A stretch of 64,000 nucleotides of DNA. It comes from Azolla caroliniana (Eukaryota > Plantae > Polypodiophyta). The notes under the pieces were generated by a model. It searched no databases, had not been told where the DNA came from, and saw only the letters and a list, made by a program, of their open reading frames with translations. Location of the stretch: positions 3,286,001 through 3,350,000 of the forward strand of contig JBHGNT010000005.1 in assembly GCA_043228905.1 (NCBI GenBank), written 5' to 3'. Each line of letters begins with the position of its first letter. Position 1 is the stretch's first letter. This document shows, piece after piece, positions 13,560 through 27,719 of the stretch. The translations under genes and the position numbers were made by a program.

Positions 13560-14182
13560 AAAGGGACATCCCGAAACTCGATGATGTCAGCTTTTCTTTC
13601 CAGGATGACGGAAGTTGGTCAACGTAAGCACGTGCTGCACTATGAGGCCCATGGTCAAAACAGCGATTTCTGGTTTTATTATGTTTTTTTTTCTTTTTTT
13701 TTATAACAGTACATAATAAAAATAAAAAATTATTATTATTATTTGTGATGTGAAAAAGAAGGACCAAACCATTATATATAATTTATCTACGGTCCAGATG
13801 AAAGGAAGCCCTGTAGATTCTCTCTCTCTCTCTATGTTTCTCTGTTTCTCTGTCTGTCTGCAGAAGTACTTTCTGCAGCATATAAGGAAAAGGAAAAAAG
13901 CACGACGCAGATCGATCCATGGATCGGTCCATGCATGCAACCAAAACAAACAGCACAGAGCTCACACAAAAGCAGAAGAAGAAGAAGAAGAAGAAGCAGA
14001 AACGAAAAAAACAAACAGGTGCTAGAAAAACCAAAGAGAAGAGAGAGAGAGAGAGAGAGAGCATCCATTGTCATATGATTTGTATTCAATAATAAAAAAA
14101 CAGAGACACAGACAGTGACAGAGACACACACACACACACATATATATGTATATATATATATATACATATATATTTTGCGAGT

Positions 14183-14215
<33 letters not shown>

Positions 14216-15087
14216 TCCGAGTATTTACGTTCTTGTCCTCGAGGCTTCCTTTGTTTCCAATGTGTGCTTTTTACTTGTTTATATTTCCCCTCCTCTTTCT
14301 GGTATTTTTATATTTGTTTCCGGATTTACTTTTATACAGCTTTTTTTTTGTTGTTGTTGTTGCTTACATACATAATACATACGCGTACTTTGGGGAAGAG
14401 AAACTAAAAAGGAAAAGTAAAAAAGGCGACTTTCTTTTTTCCCCCCCTGTTCCTCTTCTTTTTTCTATCTTTACTTTCTGTTCAACGATTTCCTCTCTAC
14501 GTAAAATAGTAGTAAGTAAGTTGTATGTAGTAGTAGTAGTAGTAGTAGTAGTAAATTAAAAGGCGAAAGCCGATCGATCTTTCAGCTTTTGATTAGATAT
14601 CTATATTTCTCCTTTCTTTCTTCATTCATTCTTTCTATCCTTTTTTCTTCTTCATCATCTCTCTAATAAAAAAACTCAAGCGATTTCTTTGTCACGTTAT
14701 TATTTCGGACACCCCCAGGCAGCCAGCCCCTTCCTTCCTTAGGCAGCAGCATTGGTCATTACATTAACTAGCCTCCCCCGTCTCCCACCCATCGGAGGCT
14801 AATTAATAATCCGCATCATTTTACTTCCTGAAACCTCAATCTCTCTCATAATACCCAATGCATTTCCCCATCCATCATCACCACATAGACTTCATTCAAT
14901 TGCTGGAGCAATAAACCCCCCACTTTTGTTTTCTCTTCTCTTCCTTAGAAAGCACACAGAGAAACAACCAAACCAAACCAAACCAAACCAAACCAAACGT
15001 GCATCTTTGCTGGCCCCTTCCATTGTTGCATCCATCGATACACCCCCCTCAAGTCTCTAAATTATTTTCTCTTTCTTCCTTTCAATC
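13560..15087 (+). promoter_or_regulatory. KANADI upstream/leader region rich in (GA)n, (CT)n, (GAA)n, (GTA)n and (AAACC)n tracts
   Basis: (AG)n at about 14040 and 14184, G-box CACGTG at about 13630, near-palindrome GATCGATCCATGGATCGGTC at about 13909. A role for the GA tracts as BPC/GAGA sites is inference only. Confidence 0.4.
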
Positions 15088-18000
15088 ATGCTATCGCTCC
15101 AGCCTCATAACCACCACCATGATTTGTCTCTGCAAATCAGCCCGCCCAATTGCTTGCAGATGCTCAGTTTCAGTAATACCTCCAATTTGACTCATGTGAC
15201 AACCGGCGCAGTCGGCTCGGAGCCTCCCATGAGAAATACCGAGAGTCTCGCCGCTGCCGGCAGTATGACGGGCACCACCATCTCCACCGATCTCTGCTTA
15301 TCGAGCAATAATACTAGTACAGATCATGAATATCATCATCATCATCCTCTCAATGTTGGAGGTGCAGGATCAGGCGCACATCATGTTGACAGAAGTATGT
15401 ATAAGAGCTCTTCTGTGGGAGAATCCAGCGATGGCGGCTGCCTTCAGGATGCGTGCACCATCGTGGCTAATCATCCTACTAAAACTAGCAGTGCCGCGTC
15501 TAGCACAGACGCGAGCACCACGGCGCCACAGCCAGCCATGATTCCTAGTAACGCGAATTTCCCATTGCAGCAGCAGGTCGCTAATCCGGGAGCAGGAGCA
15601 GGAACAGAATCAGCGGCGGGCAACAGCGGTTTCGCGATGAGGAATATCCTCCCCCTCCACATGATGAAGAATATCCTCCCTGGTCCTGCAGATTCCATCC
15701 TCGGCGCATCTTCGGCGAGCCCAGCCCTGGATCAGATGGCCGCCGCCGCCGCCGCCCGCCTTCTGCACAGCTCCGCCCTCCTCAATGCCAGCGCCGGCGG
15801 GGAGGCGTACTACCACCGCAGGAATATCCCCAGCCCAGGGAATATTCCCTCGCCCGCCAGCATGCAGAGCTTAATGTCGGATGGGATCCGGTTCAGTACA
15901 GGCATCATCAACAGTGGTAATCTGCTGGCATGCGCCATGGATCCTCATCATCATGGTTTGGCCACCTCCTCCTCCTCCTCCTCCTCCTCCTCCGCCCATA
16001 ACAGTGAGACAGCAGCAGCTATGGCGCAGCTGAACCTGATGAGGGATCAGTACCTGCGGTGCCACCGCCTGGTTGGGGCCAATCAGAGCATGGGTAGGCC
16101 TTCAGGTGGGCATGGGAAGCTCTCCAACACTCTTTACATGGGCCACGCTGGCATGCCCATGAAGCGTAGCCTGAGAGCCCCACGGATGAGATGGACCACC
16201 TCCTTGCACGCCCATTTCGTCCATGCCGTCGAGCTCCTCGGCGGCCATGAGAGTAAGTCTCCATGAAATTAGCCCCTCCATTGCTGCAGGCTTCCTGTTT
16301 CGCTAGAAACAGAATTTACAACCTATAATAATATAAGGGGCATAATTCCTTCTTCTTCTTCTTCTTCTTCTTCTTCTTGTTTGGTGCTTTGATTTTGATA
16401 ATGCTGCTCTTAATCCAAAGCTAGGTCTGAGGGATGGAATGGAATGGATTGGATTGGATTGGACGTCTTTTTTGACTAAATTATGTATTGTTACATGATT
16501 CATTGATATTTGTTTAGCAGGAGCCACGCCAAAGTCTGTTCTAGAGCTCATGAATGTCAAAGATCTCACACTGGCGCATGTGAAAAGCCATCTGCAGGTA
16601 AAACAAAAGTCTAGCTAATGACAATAACAGCAAGTTACAACAATTTGATTGCTCTAATTAGTATACTCCCTCCCTGATCGCGCTGTGTGATTTTATTAAG
16701 AGGAGCATCGGACATTTCTTAAACCCTGTTTTCCAATATAATCGAAACATTTGATTCTGAATGACTTTAACCTTGTAGCTAATTAGCGGAGCCTTAATCC
16801 TGTTTAGATTGCTAGCGCATAAAGCTCTGTTGGATGAATCCTATTTTGAATTTGCTCGCAGATGTACAGAACGATCAAGACAACGGACATTATAAGGCCA
16901 ATGATATCATCCTCCTCCTGCAGTAGCAGCAGCCCCCCAGGTAAAAAAAAAAAAAAACGAAAAAGATATTTGATTTGTTGCGATGGAATCAGCTAAATTA
17001 TTAAGGACAAATAATAAGATGGAGCTCGACAAAAGTAGTGTGCCTAAGGAATTAAATCATTAGTGAGGAGGCGATGATCATTAACGATCGCGGAAGTAAA
17101 CTAATTATTGGGGTTGCTCTAATTGCTGAATGCTGGTGGTGATGGTTGGGTCTCACAGATCAGATGGCGACGGCAGCGTATCAGGGTACGAATGGAGGCA
17201 GTAATGATGATCTGAGGAGCACGAAGAAGAACAGTGGCAGGAGTGAGATTGAGCAGGAGGAGGAACCGGCCGCGTCACGCCCATTCCATGACCATGACCA
17301 TGACCATGACCATGGCCATCATCATCACCATCACCATCACCATCCTAATCATGTGGACGGGTACGATCTCTTATCCGTCCCTCTCTCTCTCTCTCTCTCT
17401 CTCTTTCCGTACACACACACACATTAAATGTTTCCTCTGTTCTTCTCTATTCACTTCTTTACTGATAGATAGACTCTCTCTCTCTCTCTCTCATCACAAG
17501 AATGTCCCTCACGTCCGTATGTCCTCTCGGTTCTCTCTTCCTTGTCCTTTTTTTTGGGCCGTCTGATGTCCGCCCGCCCATCCGGGGTCCTAATGCGCAT
17601 TGTGCCAGTTTCTTTAACACGTGTTCACACAGGTAGCCCTAACGCGTTCGTTACATAGGTAAATTCTCACCACGGGATATTATATGGTCATGCCCGTAAC
17701 ATATACACATGGATAAAGTATGGTCATGCCCATTACATGTTCCATGTGGGTATCTCAATCACTTGCTTGGGCTAGATGTAAAAGATCGGTCACGTGCTTG
17801 TGGTTATAATAAGGGCATACATTTACACCATTGAGGCCCCCTTGTGTAAACTCCGGGAAGTACATCTTGGATCTTATTGTGTGGATGACATTGTATTGTA
17901 GGTGCATTGCCATTTAGACAACTGAAATGGGTAGCAGAAAACAACTTCTTCTTTTCACCATATCTTTTAAACTAGGAAAGTCGAGAAGTGTACATATTAC

Positions 18001-19576
18001 TTGGAAAAACATGTACCAAAAAGGCAATATATGTGGCTCAATCCTTAGTTCTTTTTTAAAAAGGTGCTCATATGGACCTTGAATATATGCATTTCTCATA
18101 ACTATATCTTTGCATGTGTACATCTTTACCCCAACTCCATCATATAGCCACAAAACCCCCTAAGCATGAAATTCATGAATTGGACAGTTTCTAAAGGGTC
18201 TAATTCATGTCCCTCTAGTACTTTGAGTCATTGGCATCATGTACAAACCTTCAAATTAACGATATCATATTGTAATGTGGCAACTATCAATGATGTCTTT
18301 CTATCAAATTGGAGTCCATGGCTTTTCATTGAAATGACCCACTCAAATTATGTGTTAGAATATTGAAGCCATCATTTTTGCATAACCCAAAGAATGTGTA
18401 ACCGAATGAAATGCAAGTGGAAACATTGGGAAGCCTCACTCGCCATGGCATTTGAAGGTGTAGCTTTTAATATTGATCCTTAAAACATACGAAAGGGATA
18501 GGTTATGACTACCAAGCCGTGCCTCTTAAACATTGGATTCTGTTCTTAAAACAAACAATACATATAATTTTATATCTTGAGCTTAGTTATTCTAGTTTCG
18601 AGAGAAAAAAGAAACAACATGAACTTTTACCACTTCCCAACAAAAACGAAAGATTCTACCTATGTGTTCGCACAAGTAGAGAAAATAGAGTTTGTATTAT
18701 GGCATATTTGTCAAAGGCCACGTCTCCCTGAAAATGATAGTGTTGACTTTTGTTCTGTTTGGTTGTCACTCGTATATCAAAATGTTAGATAAAGAAGGCA
18801 CTAACATCTATGTGATTTAGTATCCCTATATGTAGTTTTATGGTTTACCACTATTTCCGCTATAAGCAAACTACATTTATAGCGTCAACATTTAGAATAC
18901 TCTAGACATGCAAAATAATTAATACGATAACATATGAACAACATAGTCCAAACTTCGATAACGATCAACTAATTCTTTATAAAGAGTTAAGTAGTCTAGA
19001 AAATAGTGCTACCTAGCAACATATATTGCTTTAATTTTATTCAGCTTGACATCTTTCACTCAAGCAGTTCAACTCAACAATCTTCATTCCAAAACCCATT
19101 GTGATTGCATGAGAAAGACCGTAATTTGTTCAATGCTGCTCTTACCATACTAGTATTCATTCATACATGAACAATGTGAGAAAAATATTGAGTATGTTTA
19201 CATTCTATTGTGCAGGCTTTTGAATTTTTCTTCATTTCCACGGTCCCAACAAGCAAGTCGAAGCACACTTTTTGAGGTGCATTAACATTTTCCATTGTCT
19301 ATAAAACTCTTTGCTTGTATCTATAGAATTCAATCTTTGTGTCTCTCTTGGTTAACTCTTTGGTTGCTTCATTCCTTGCAGGATCAAAGTGGATCTTTAA
19401 ATCGCATTTTGAATCATGAACCTTACAACCACACATCAACGCTCTCTGAGCTAGTTGCATCCCAACGTTCAAGCAACATGACACCAAAACTCCCTAGCTT
19501 AGATTTCACACTTGGGAGACCTGGCTGGAAAGATCATAGTGATGGGCCTAAAGAACTTCCACTCCTAAAATGTTGA
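15088..19576 (+). CDS. KAN: KANADI-family GARP (MYB-like SHAQKYF class) transcription factor, about 592 aa, 6 exons
   Basis: Exons 15088-16252, 16521-16597, 16862-16940, 17159-17360, 19216-19276, 19382-19576, all GT-AG and in phase (1779 nt). Motifs: [69 protein letters not shown]; C-terminal PSLDFTLGR. Exon 5 is the least certain. Confidence 0.93.
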
Positions 19577-22500
19577 GTGGTGAAAAAGAACTTCCTTTTT
19601 TCATTTATTTTTTATAGCATAGTGGAAATGGATCGAGTCTAAATGGAAAAAATCTTCTAGAGCAAATAGGATAGGAACCACACCAAGTTCCCCTACAACA
19701 CCATCATGGAGGTCCTTTTGAACCTCCATGATTGTTGCTTGTATGTAAAAACAACCACAGGAGAGTTTCAGTTAGTTTTCCTTCACAGATTGAACACCGT
19801 GGGACATCTTTCTGAAACTTTCCTTTCTAATATAACAAATATTTGCTTTTCTTGTCGGAACTTGTGTAGTCTCTCGTTAAAATATATCAAGAACTTTAAA
19901 ATACATGGATAACTTGTTTGTTCTATAACTCTTCTCATGGCATATGATTTCTAAGTCAATCGCAATATTAATATGTTTTTAATCAACACACGGAGCGCAT
20001 ACATATACTTGTCGATGATTACCATGAAAAATCTAAAGTTTCACATGGAAAAAAATAATTTGTTGTTTACAATTGAGCCCTTATCTCTATGTTTGAGCCT
20101 CAGGTGAGTACTCACATATACATGTAACCCATTTTATAGACAATATTGAGATACGTAAAGGTTAATGTAGTATAGCTAACTGACAATGCAACATAAGATT
20201 CTTTTCGTTTATGAATTTCCACATCTTTTTACCAAGCCTTTTCATCGTGCATAATTTAGAGGTTTTACCATGGTTCCTCTAGACCAACATCATGTTCAAT
20301 TTCAGAATGGAATTAGTCCATGAACCGTTCTTTAAGAGAACTTGTGCCTCACAAGATCATTACACCCCTTCGTACTAGGGTTTCTTAAGCTCATTTTATT
20401 GGATAGTATTGAAGGTGGTATTATTTCTTTTATGTAATCCTACCACAAACGCTTTTAGGATGTGGCTAAATACCTTTTCTACAAGAGGCTTTGTAAGCTA
20501 CCCTTCCTCCATCTTTTCTTACCATTTTTATTTTAGGAGAACAATATATTTTACATAAATTCATTATCTTTAAATGTCCATATTTGTGTTTATAGGCATG
20601 CCTTTTGTTTGAGAAGCCTAGTTTAGAAAGGTGATGTAAAGTCTATGTTTCGAGATAATAAAAAAATGGAGTTTTACCATAATGTTTTCCGTATGAAACT
20701 TAACGTGTCCAGAATGCACATATTGCATATTCTTCCATACTGTTCGGCATAAAGAAATTAATCATTAAGTTATTTCCTACTTATTCCATTCTCTTATATT
20801 CTCTACCTATTATGTTAATTCACTGTACATCAAACAAGGGACATTATATCACATGGTGTTCTATGCATTTAATGTTCTGTTTTGAAATACATTGATTTCT
20901 TTGAGCTCTATCATTACATTTAATGGCCAACCTCCAACATGGACATAATGAACCACTACTTTTAGCATATATAATGCAATTCTTCCAAGTCATTTGGTTC
21001 AAATAATACAACAAACCATTCACGTAAATGCCTCAACACAAAAAATCCACACAAAATCCTTTAAACTTACTTATAATGTTATACATTTATGCATCGTAAA
21101 TTGTTCATTCATTGAGATATGCCAACGAAGTCCAACGCTTTCCACATATTTAAATTAAATAATCTTGGAATCAATGAATTTAAAGATTCATACATAAAGG
21201 TGACTTGAATATGGATCCTCGAAATTCTAGTAGCGTCACAAGTCTTCTTTCCTTCAATGTGAAGTTATATTTCATTCTACATGTGTTTGTGAAATATATT
21301 GGCTACAATTTATAACATTGTAACGTTGTGAAAATCAAAACCTTTCTCTATGTAGTTGATGAGCTATGGTATGGTGAAATTCAAACTTCATATTGCATGA
21401 TTTCTTTTTAATCGGAATGTGTTCGAAGCAAGTCAATTGTAAGAATAGGTGCTCATTTTTTAACATTACTGAGGATAGTTTCATTAAATAAATTGTAAGC
21501 AATACTAATCTTAACCCTCCGAGCATGACATTCCTTTACTATGAGAGATAAGTTGCACTGCATGACGTTAAGGATGACATGGTTTTTACTTCTTGTTCTC
21601 CATATATTCCCATTATTCCAATTGCGTAAACATACGTTCACATATATTTGTAAATCAACAAGTTGAAAGATTTGTTCATGCTCCTACTTTCAAGTCGTTG
21701 ATTCAACATTTTCCTAATGAATACTCAATGCATACATGTACATCATGAATATTGTACATGTCAAATGGGTTCAGTCAATAGATACATTGATCCTAGAAAT
21801 ATCAATGTCTTGGCCAATGATAAAACCATTTAGTCAAGCCATGAATTATTTAAAGCTAGATAAACTATGGGATGTTTGTATTCTATAGTGCGCTTACCCA
21901 TTGTGATGCAAAGCTTGCGCATGACCCAGTGGAGAAGACGTTCCCTTTTTGTTCAGGCATCGTAATCTATGAAGGAATTCTGGTTATTCCACATGGGGAA
22001 CAAAACTTTCTAATATCACATGAGCCAAGCCATCGAGCAATTGCTTTATTGTTTGTCCTTGCATAGGAGGTGCAACACATTTGGTAATTTATCATAATTA
22101 TGAATGGGGTTTGAGTGCAAGAGATGACGAATATTTTGAAGAAAACGAAGACATTATCGACAATGTGGGGCATTGTGAAACGAATGTCTGGCTAATGAGG
22201 CTAACGTATACGAAGAATGTCATGAAAGCATTGTCCTGAGTGAGGGATATATATTAAAACTTGCATTGAGTGGAGTATCAAACATGAAGTGTTTTGTCAA
22301 AAAACAATTGTAGGTAAGGGAGAAGATTAAAGTAGTTGAAGCATAAGGTGTTGGGTTTGAATGGAGACATGCTAGGCTAGAGCCTAAATATTATTCTATA
22401 TCATATGTTTTTCAAGGCCTTTCAAAAGCATATAAATTCATGATCTAATGTTTTGTCGAAGGTCTTTAAATGTTTATTAAGTCATATATGTTAATGGTTA

Positions 22501-22746
22501 AAGCTTCGTGAGGTCTTTCATATATTATTGTTGGGGGGTTTCTCGGAATTTGCCAATGTCCCATTGAAATACTCAACAATCCATACAATTAAAAACAATA
22601 AGACAAAAGGAAAATGTATATATAAGATATAGTTTTTACATCCATGATGGCATCAACAGGAACGTCATCTTGTCTGGGCTCGTCTGAAAAGTTGTGTAAT
22701 TTGTTTACCTCATAACCAAAAAGGTGTGTCCATCGCGTGCACTCGG

Positions 22747-23385
22747 ACAAGTGTGATTCGTGAACACTCCTCTTGACCTTGTCTTTTTCCTCATTGAATT
22801 TCTATGTTTTTGTAGACCTCACCCCTCTTTATCCAATAAATAATAGGGAGGTACTTTTCAAACCTTTGGTAGTTCAAAAGTCCAGAGAGTTGAGAGAATA
22901 TTATTCCTTCACCCTTTTTATTTATTCCCTCTCACATAGGACATACATAGATTAATTAAATATAGATAGCTTTTGAACATGACTATGAGAAAGAGAGAGA
23001 ATTTGTGTCATTCAAAACATCATCTTGCCCTCATGGCCCAAGCTCGCTCAAAATCTCTTTCCATGACTGACATCTACCTGGCACCATGTAAAAAAACTAT
23101 TTGCATGGTTGGACCCCACCCCAAGAATCATCGCATTTATCCTTGGAATAACATGATTTACAGTAACTTCCCTTCATCGAATCTGGACCCTCTCATTCTT
23201 GATGCTATCCTGAAAAATTCTCGAAAGTCATTACATGTCATTCGTGGATCCCAATGTGAAGCTTGAGAGAACTCCACTAGCACATTTACAAGAGGAACTT
23301 AAAAACGTCAAAAAATTTCACTCGGGATATTAATGTTTGTCCTCTAGTAAGCCTAAAATATGTGAGTGCGCACAATCACACTAGT
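22747..23385. mobile_element. Possible old non-autonomous DNA transposon (degenerate terminal inverted repeats)
   Basis: ACAAGTGTGATTCGTGAACACTC (22747-22769) versus the reverse complement of 23364-23385, ACTAGTGTGATTGTGCGCACTC. No TSD found. Confidence 0.3.
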
Positions 23386-25670
23386 ATCCTATTAAAAATA
23401 AGGATGTTCCATAGCTTATTCATTAGCAAGGACCCTAACTTAGGATTGGATAACATTGCACAACAAATCCTCATTTTGTTCTTTTTGAAAGTACCTATCA
23501 TCATATAAAATATGCTTTGTTTACAATTGCTTGGTAAAGGGTGATGTTTTGTGGAAACTCATATCAATTTGAGTGTAGTAAAGTTGGTAAGAGCAAATGT
23601 TGATTGTGAAAACTATTACCGCGCATGATTTCAACATAATGCTATCAAGAACTCTGATAATTAATGAAGCATCAAACCCATTCCTCGATATTTGAGCTCA
23701 TAATACAAAGCACAAGAGTTACCTCTAAATCGTCCTACTTATATATTTGAGTATTATTACTATGATAGACTAACCATGTGCATTCATAAGCATTAATTAA
23801 TGGGCCACCAATATGATGTTTAAAGCCCGTGCCTATAGTACACAGGCTCTTGTTCTATATGTAAGAGCTTGCAATAAGAACTAGAAAAGCAAAGCAATGT
23901 ACCATCAACTCATGTTGTACCAAATTTTTAGTTTGCATTAGTGACATGTTGTAATTGTTTACACAAAAGGTCTACTTCGAAATCAAATGGTTGCATGAAA
24001 CAGAAAATGAAAGGTATGTCGAGATTCTATCATTGCCCAATGGTTTAGTTCTTAGGAGCTAGAAATTTGAATTACCAAGATAGAACCAATAATTTTGCAC
24101 AACATAATGTTCTTTAATTTCTTTTCACAAACCCATTTGTGGGGGTTAAACTCTTGATTGGTTGCTTGGGGAGGGCATGAACAAGTGGCTTAAGTTTGCC
24201 AAATTATCAGTTGCAACATGATATTTTTGTCACCTTAAATGAGAAAGAGTTAGGAGTTTTCTTTATTTTATTCATTACAACAATATCCAGCATGTTATAT
24301 TTCAATGCATTTAAGAGGAAACACAAATGTTGGAGTATAAATCAATGTCAATACAAAACAATTCGTGTTTTTCCTTAAACCTTATAAAGTTTGTAGTCTA
24401 ACTAGACTAAGGGACCTTGGTCCTCCATGTTGAAGGCTTTCATTCTACATTTCGCAACCAAGAGCTAAATATTTTGGCAACTGATGAAGGTTTTGAAAAG
24501 ATCCTAGGCCAACTGCATAAGTTCAATGTAAGTTAGTCTTCGTAGTGGGATCTAGGGGGATCCAAAGTTCATTGTATGTTGGTCATGGTGGTGTTCTATT
24601 TTTATCTATGAGACGGGGAGAAACCCATGACAACGATCGAACTTGGGTAGAAAGACACACAAATATACCCTAGCTAAACTTGTTTACGTTGGCATAAGAA
24701 GGGGTTCATGAGAACAAGGCATACATGTAATGCAAAATATGATGCGTAGCCTCTTATTTATTGAAGTAATAATCTTGTGTTTAGGATTTCTAGGCCTTCA
24801 TATGGTATGACGAGTGTGTTGATCATTCACATAACATGCATCTTATTTATAACTTTAAGGTATTCAACTTTGTGTAATGTCTCGTTAAAGAGATAAGAAT
24901 TCTACATTGTCAAATCTAAGAAGTATATTCTTTTGATGTCGCATTTCTGTCCATAATAGTGTCATTACAATGTTCTTGATTTGGTAGATGATGTAGATGG
25001 GCTAGAATATGGAGGATAATAATAATAATAATAATAATGTGACAAGGTGAGATTCACAACCTTATAGTGTTGGTAATAATGAAAATGTTTTTACCACTGT
25101 AAGTTGAGCCATTATTGAAATAAAATTTGGTAATTTTATATCGAGATGAACGACCACATATGACACCAATAGATTAAGAGTACAATATGGTAGGTGGTAC
25201 TTAATAATGTGCCAAGGTTGAAGATGTGAAACATGAGATTTAAGAATTACCACACCTCTCCCTTTATCTACATACACACACATGGATTGTGAAACCTTTT
25301 ACCCCATCATGAAAAAGCCAACAAAGTTTTTTTATTCATTCCTAAAGTATTTGTGTAGTATGACCATGAGGATAACTCATTATCATGAACTCCAGCCGTA
25401 GTCGTCTACGTTTCAACCTAAAATAGGAAACAATGAATACAAACCTTGTGAACCATCAAAGATTATCATACTTTACAATAGCTAACAACGTCATAAATAT
25501 GGATTATTTAACTAATCGCAATATTATTTCCCATACCTTCACATTTTGCATTGAATTTTACATCCCTAACACTTCCATAATTTCCCAGAGCTTATCAAAC
25601 ACATGTATGTCAAACTATTGTTCAAATCGAATCATTGGTCACATCCAAACATTTTCATCATGCTTTGTCT

Positions 25671-25942
25671 CATAGTACGTAAAATTCGTGTTTGTCTAGC
25701 ATAACATTCGTTTTCCTACGTTGGAAAACGAATGTGAATGTTATTCAAACATTCTTGTGTTTTTTTTTGTTTTTTCCCCAATTTTTGAATGTTTTTTTTT
25801 CATTTTTAGGTTATTTACCTCATAATAAATAGTTAATCCAAAAGTATGGTATTTATCATTCTTTGAGGGTGTTTTTCTTACGCGAATGATTGAACCATTC
25901 GTGAATGCGAATGCACGTATGGTACGTATGGTTCATACTATG
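25671..25942. mobile_element. hAT-type MITE, 272 bp
   Basis: Termini CATAGTA...TACTATG, perfect 8-bp TSD CTTTGTCT (25663-25670 and 25943-25950), subterminal CGTATGG/CGAATG repeats and a T-rich core. Confidence 0.85.
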
Positions 25943-26415
25943 CTTTGTCTTATATATAAGTTATAACCCATAGATGAAGTTGTATGAGATGTGGCATTGC
26001 TAAAAATTTAAAATATACAAAGCAAAAGCATGAAGATGATTGCACACTTTTATTGACAATGTCACGTTGTTTCCTAGGCTTTAGTTTTTGGTAATTAAGA
26101 AACAGTGATGTTTAGATCTAGAAATAAAAAAAAAACTAAACTATTATTACTTTTTTTCACAAGTTCATGTTGAAAAATAACACCAAGAGGTCGTGTTTGG
26201 GAAAATGTACTCTCGTGATTGACTATAAATGTAATGGGAGTTTAGAATAAATGTACATGTTTCTATAGAAACTTGTTCCTTACTTCCCAAAATTATTTAA
26301 CATGAGAGTTTGAAAAACTCAACCAGCTTTCAATGAATAAACACGTCGTGGATGTGGTGAGGAGATAGTAGATATTATTAGTTAAATACAAAAGTTTACC
26401 GAGATGCATTAGAGG

Positions 26416-26648
26416 AATGTTTCTTTGCAAGACTAGGTTGTATCATCACAACTCTTTGTTGAACATTAGGAACAATACTTTAAGGACACCTGGGGATATA
26501 AGCAAGGAAAAATATATCACAAGTTGGCAAATGTTTCTTTACAAGCCTAGGTTTTATCAATAAAACTCTTTGTCGAACATTAGGAGCAAGACTTTAAGAA
26601 TACATGATAATGCATGTGAGGGACAAGATGTCACAAATTGGCAAATGT
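26416..26648. repeat. Tandem duplication of about 114 bp (2 copies)
   Basis: AATGTTTCTTT.CAAG.CTAGGTT.TATCA...AACTCTTTGT.GAACATTAGGA.CAA.ACTTTAAG...TCACAA.TTGGCAAATGT occurs twice. Confidence 0.85.
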
Positions 26649-27719
26649 AGCAGGGTTGAGTTGTAGGATACACTCTAGAGAGAGAGAGAGAGAATATTGA
26701 TACATCAAGGGCTTGTGATGGATAAATGTAGGAGTCAACGATGGAAGTAGAAAATTGGCAATAATTTTTTTATTGTCCCATGAAAGACAAAAAAACTAAT
26801 AATTATTGTGAAGGTAAGGTCCTTGTGAAGCACATTGACCAAGAAAGGAAGGGGTTGGTTTCAAACTTCAACATGTAATGCTTAATGACTACATGTCATT
26901 TCGTAATTGGTGGGATCTAAACTATAAATCCCTTCTTTTCTATGTCCTTTAATTTGTATCATTTGCCATTTCCCAATGTGTTTATGTCTTGTGAAAAGGG
27001 CATTAAAGCTAATCATAATGTTTGATTCCTTTTCACAATGTGAGAAGATAAGTAATGTTATCGAGCCATATAAAAAATCGTATTATCATTTAGGAGCATG
27101 AGCAAATGTGTTACTTCATAGTTGTAGGCAATGTGCAAGGAGTTTGCAACTTGTAGATAAATCGGCTTCTTTGTTAAAATTCTACTAGAGGTAATGCAAT
27201 TAGATAACAAATGTAATACCAACTCCTCTTATTGATTTAGTTTACACCCAAGTCAATGAGGTTTTGTTATTATATATCCCATGATATGATTATTCAACCA
27301 TTTTTTAGGTTCATAGACCACTTTTACCTCCAAAGAAACATCATTTCCATTCTTCTTTGATTCCAAAACCTAAATTTCCTTACTTCCAAAAAGTTCAACT
27401 AAAAGACTACTTCACTAGTTGCAAGGATGCATCTTTGCAAATACTTCTTTAATAGTTGCCTTGCATTGCCTTTATTAGTTTACCACTATTTCAAAATTTT
27501 GAACACAAGTTGATAAGTTTGCTTAAAATATCTAATTAAATACATATAAAAAATCAGAAAAGAAAATTTGACTTCCACTTCTTCCACTCTAATAGATGCT
27601 TTTGATTATGTTAATTGTGTCGCAAATTATTTGCTGTCCTAAAGGTTGATGTTATAATTGACATTTTTAGGTTCCTAAGATTGGATTTTAATATTGAAGG
27701 CATCAGAAATAAATTAATA

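Noticed and set aside
6239-14559. ORFs with CVCVCV, HTHTHT, REREER or LSLSLS runs
   Set aside because: Translations of microsatellites.
22100-22190. FYVE-like reading CKR*RIF*RKRRHYRQCGAL*NEC
   Set aside because: It needs three stops repaired and lacks a Cys. Another frame is open and acidic, so this is likely chance.
23824-23860. Helitron-like 3' hairpin AGCCCGTG...CACAGGCT
   Set aside because: It is followed by CTAT rather than CTRR, and no 5' end or Rep/helicase remnant is identifiable.
24470-24515. Minimal hammerhead-like CTGATGA...GAAA
   Set aside because: Stems I-III do not pair adjacent to the core. The other CTGATGA hits I noticed (5029, 48404, 54447) lack GAAA or stem II.
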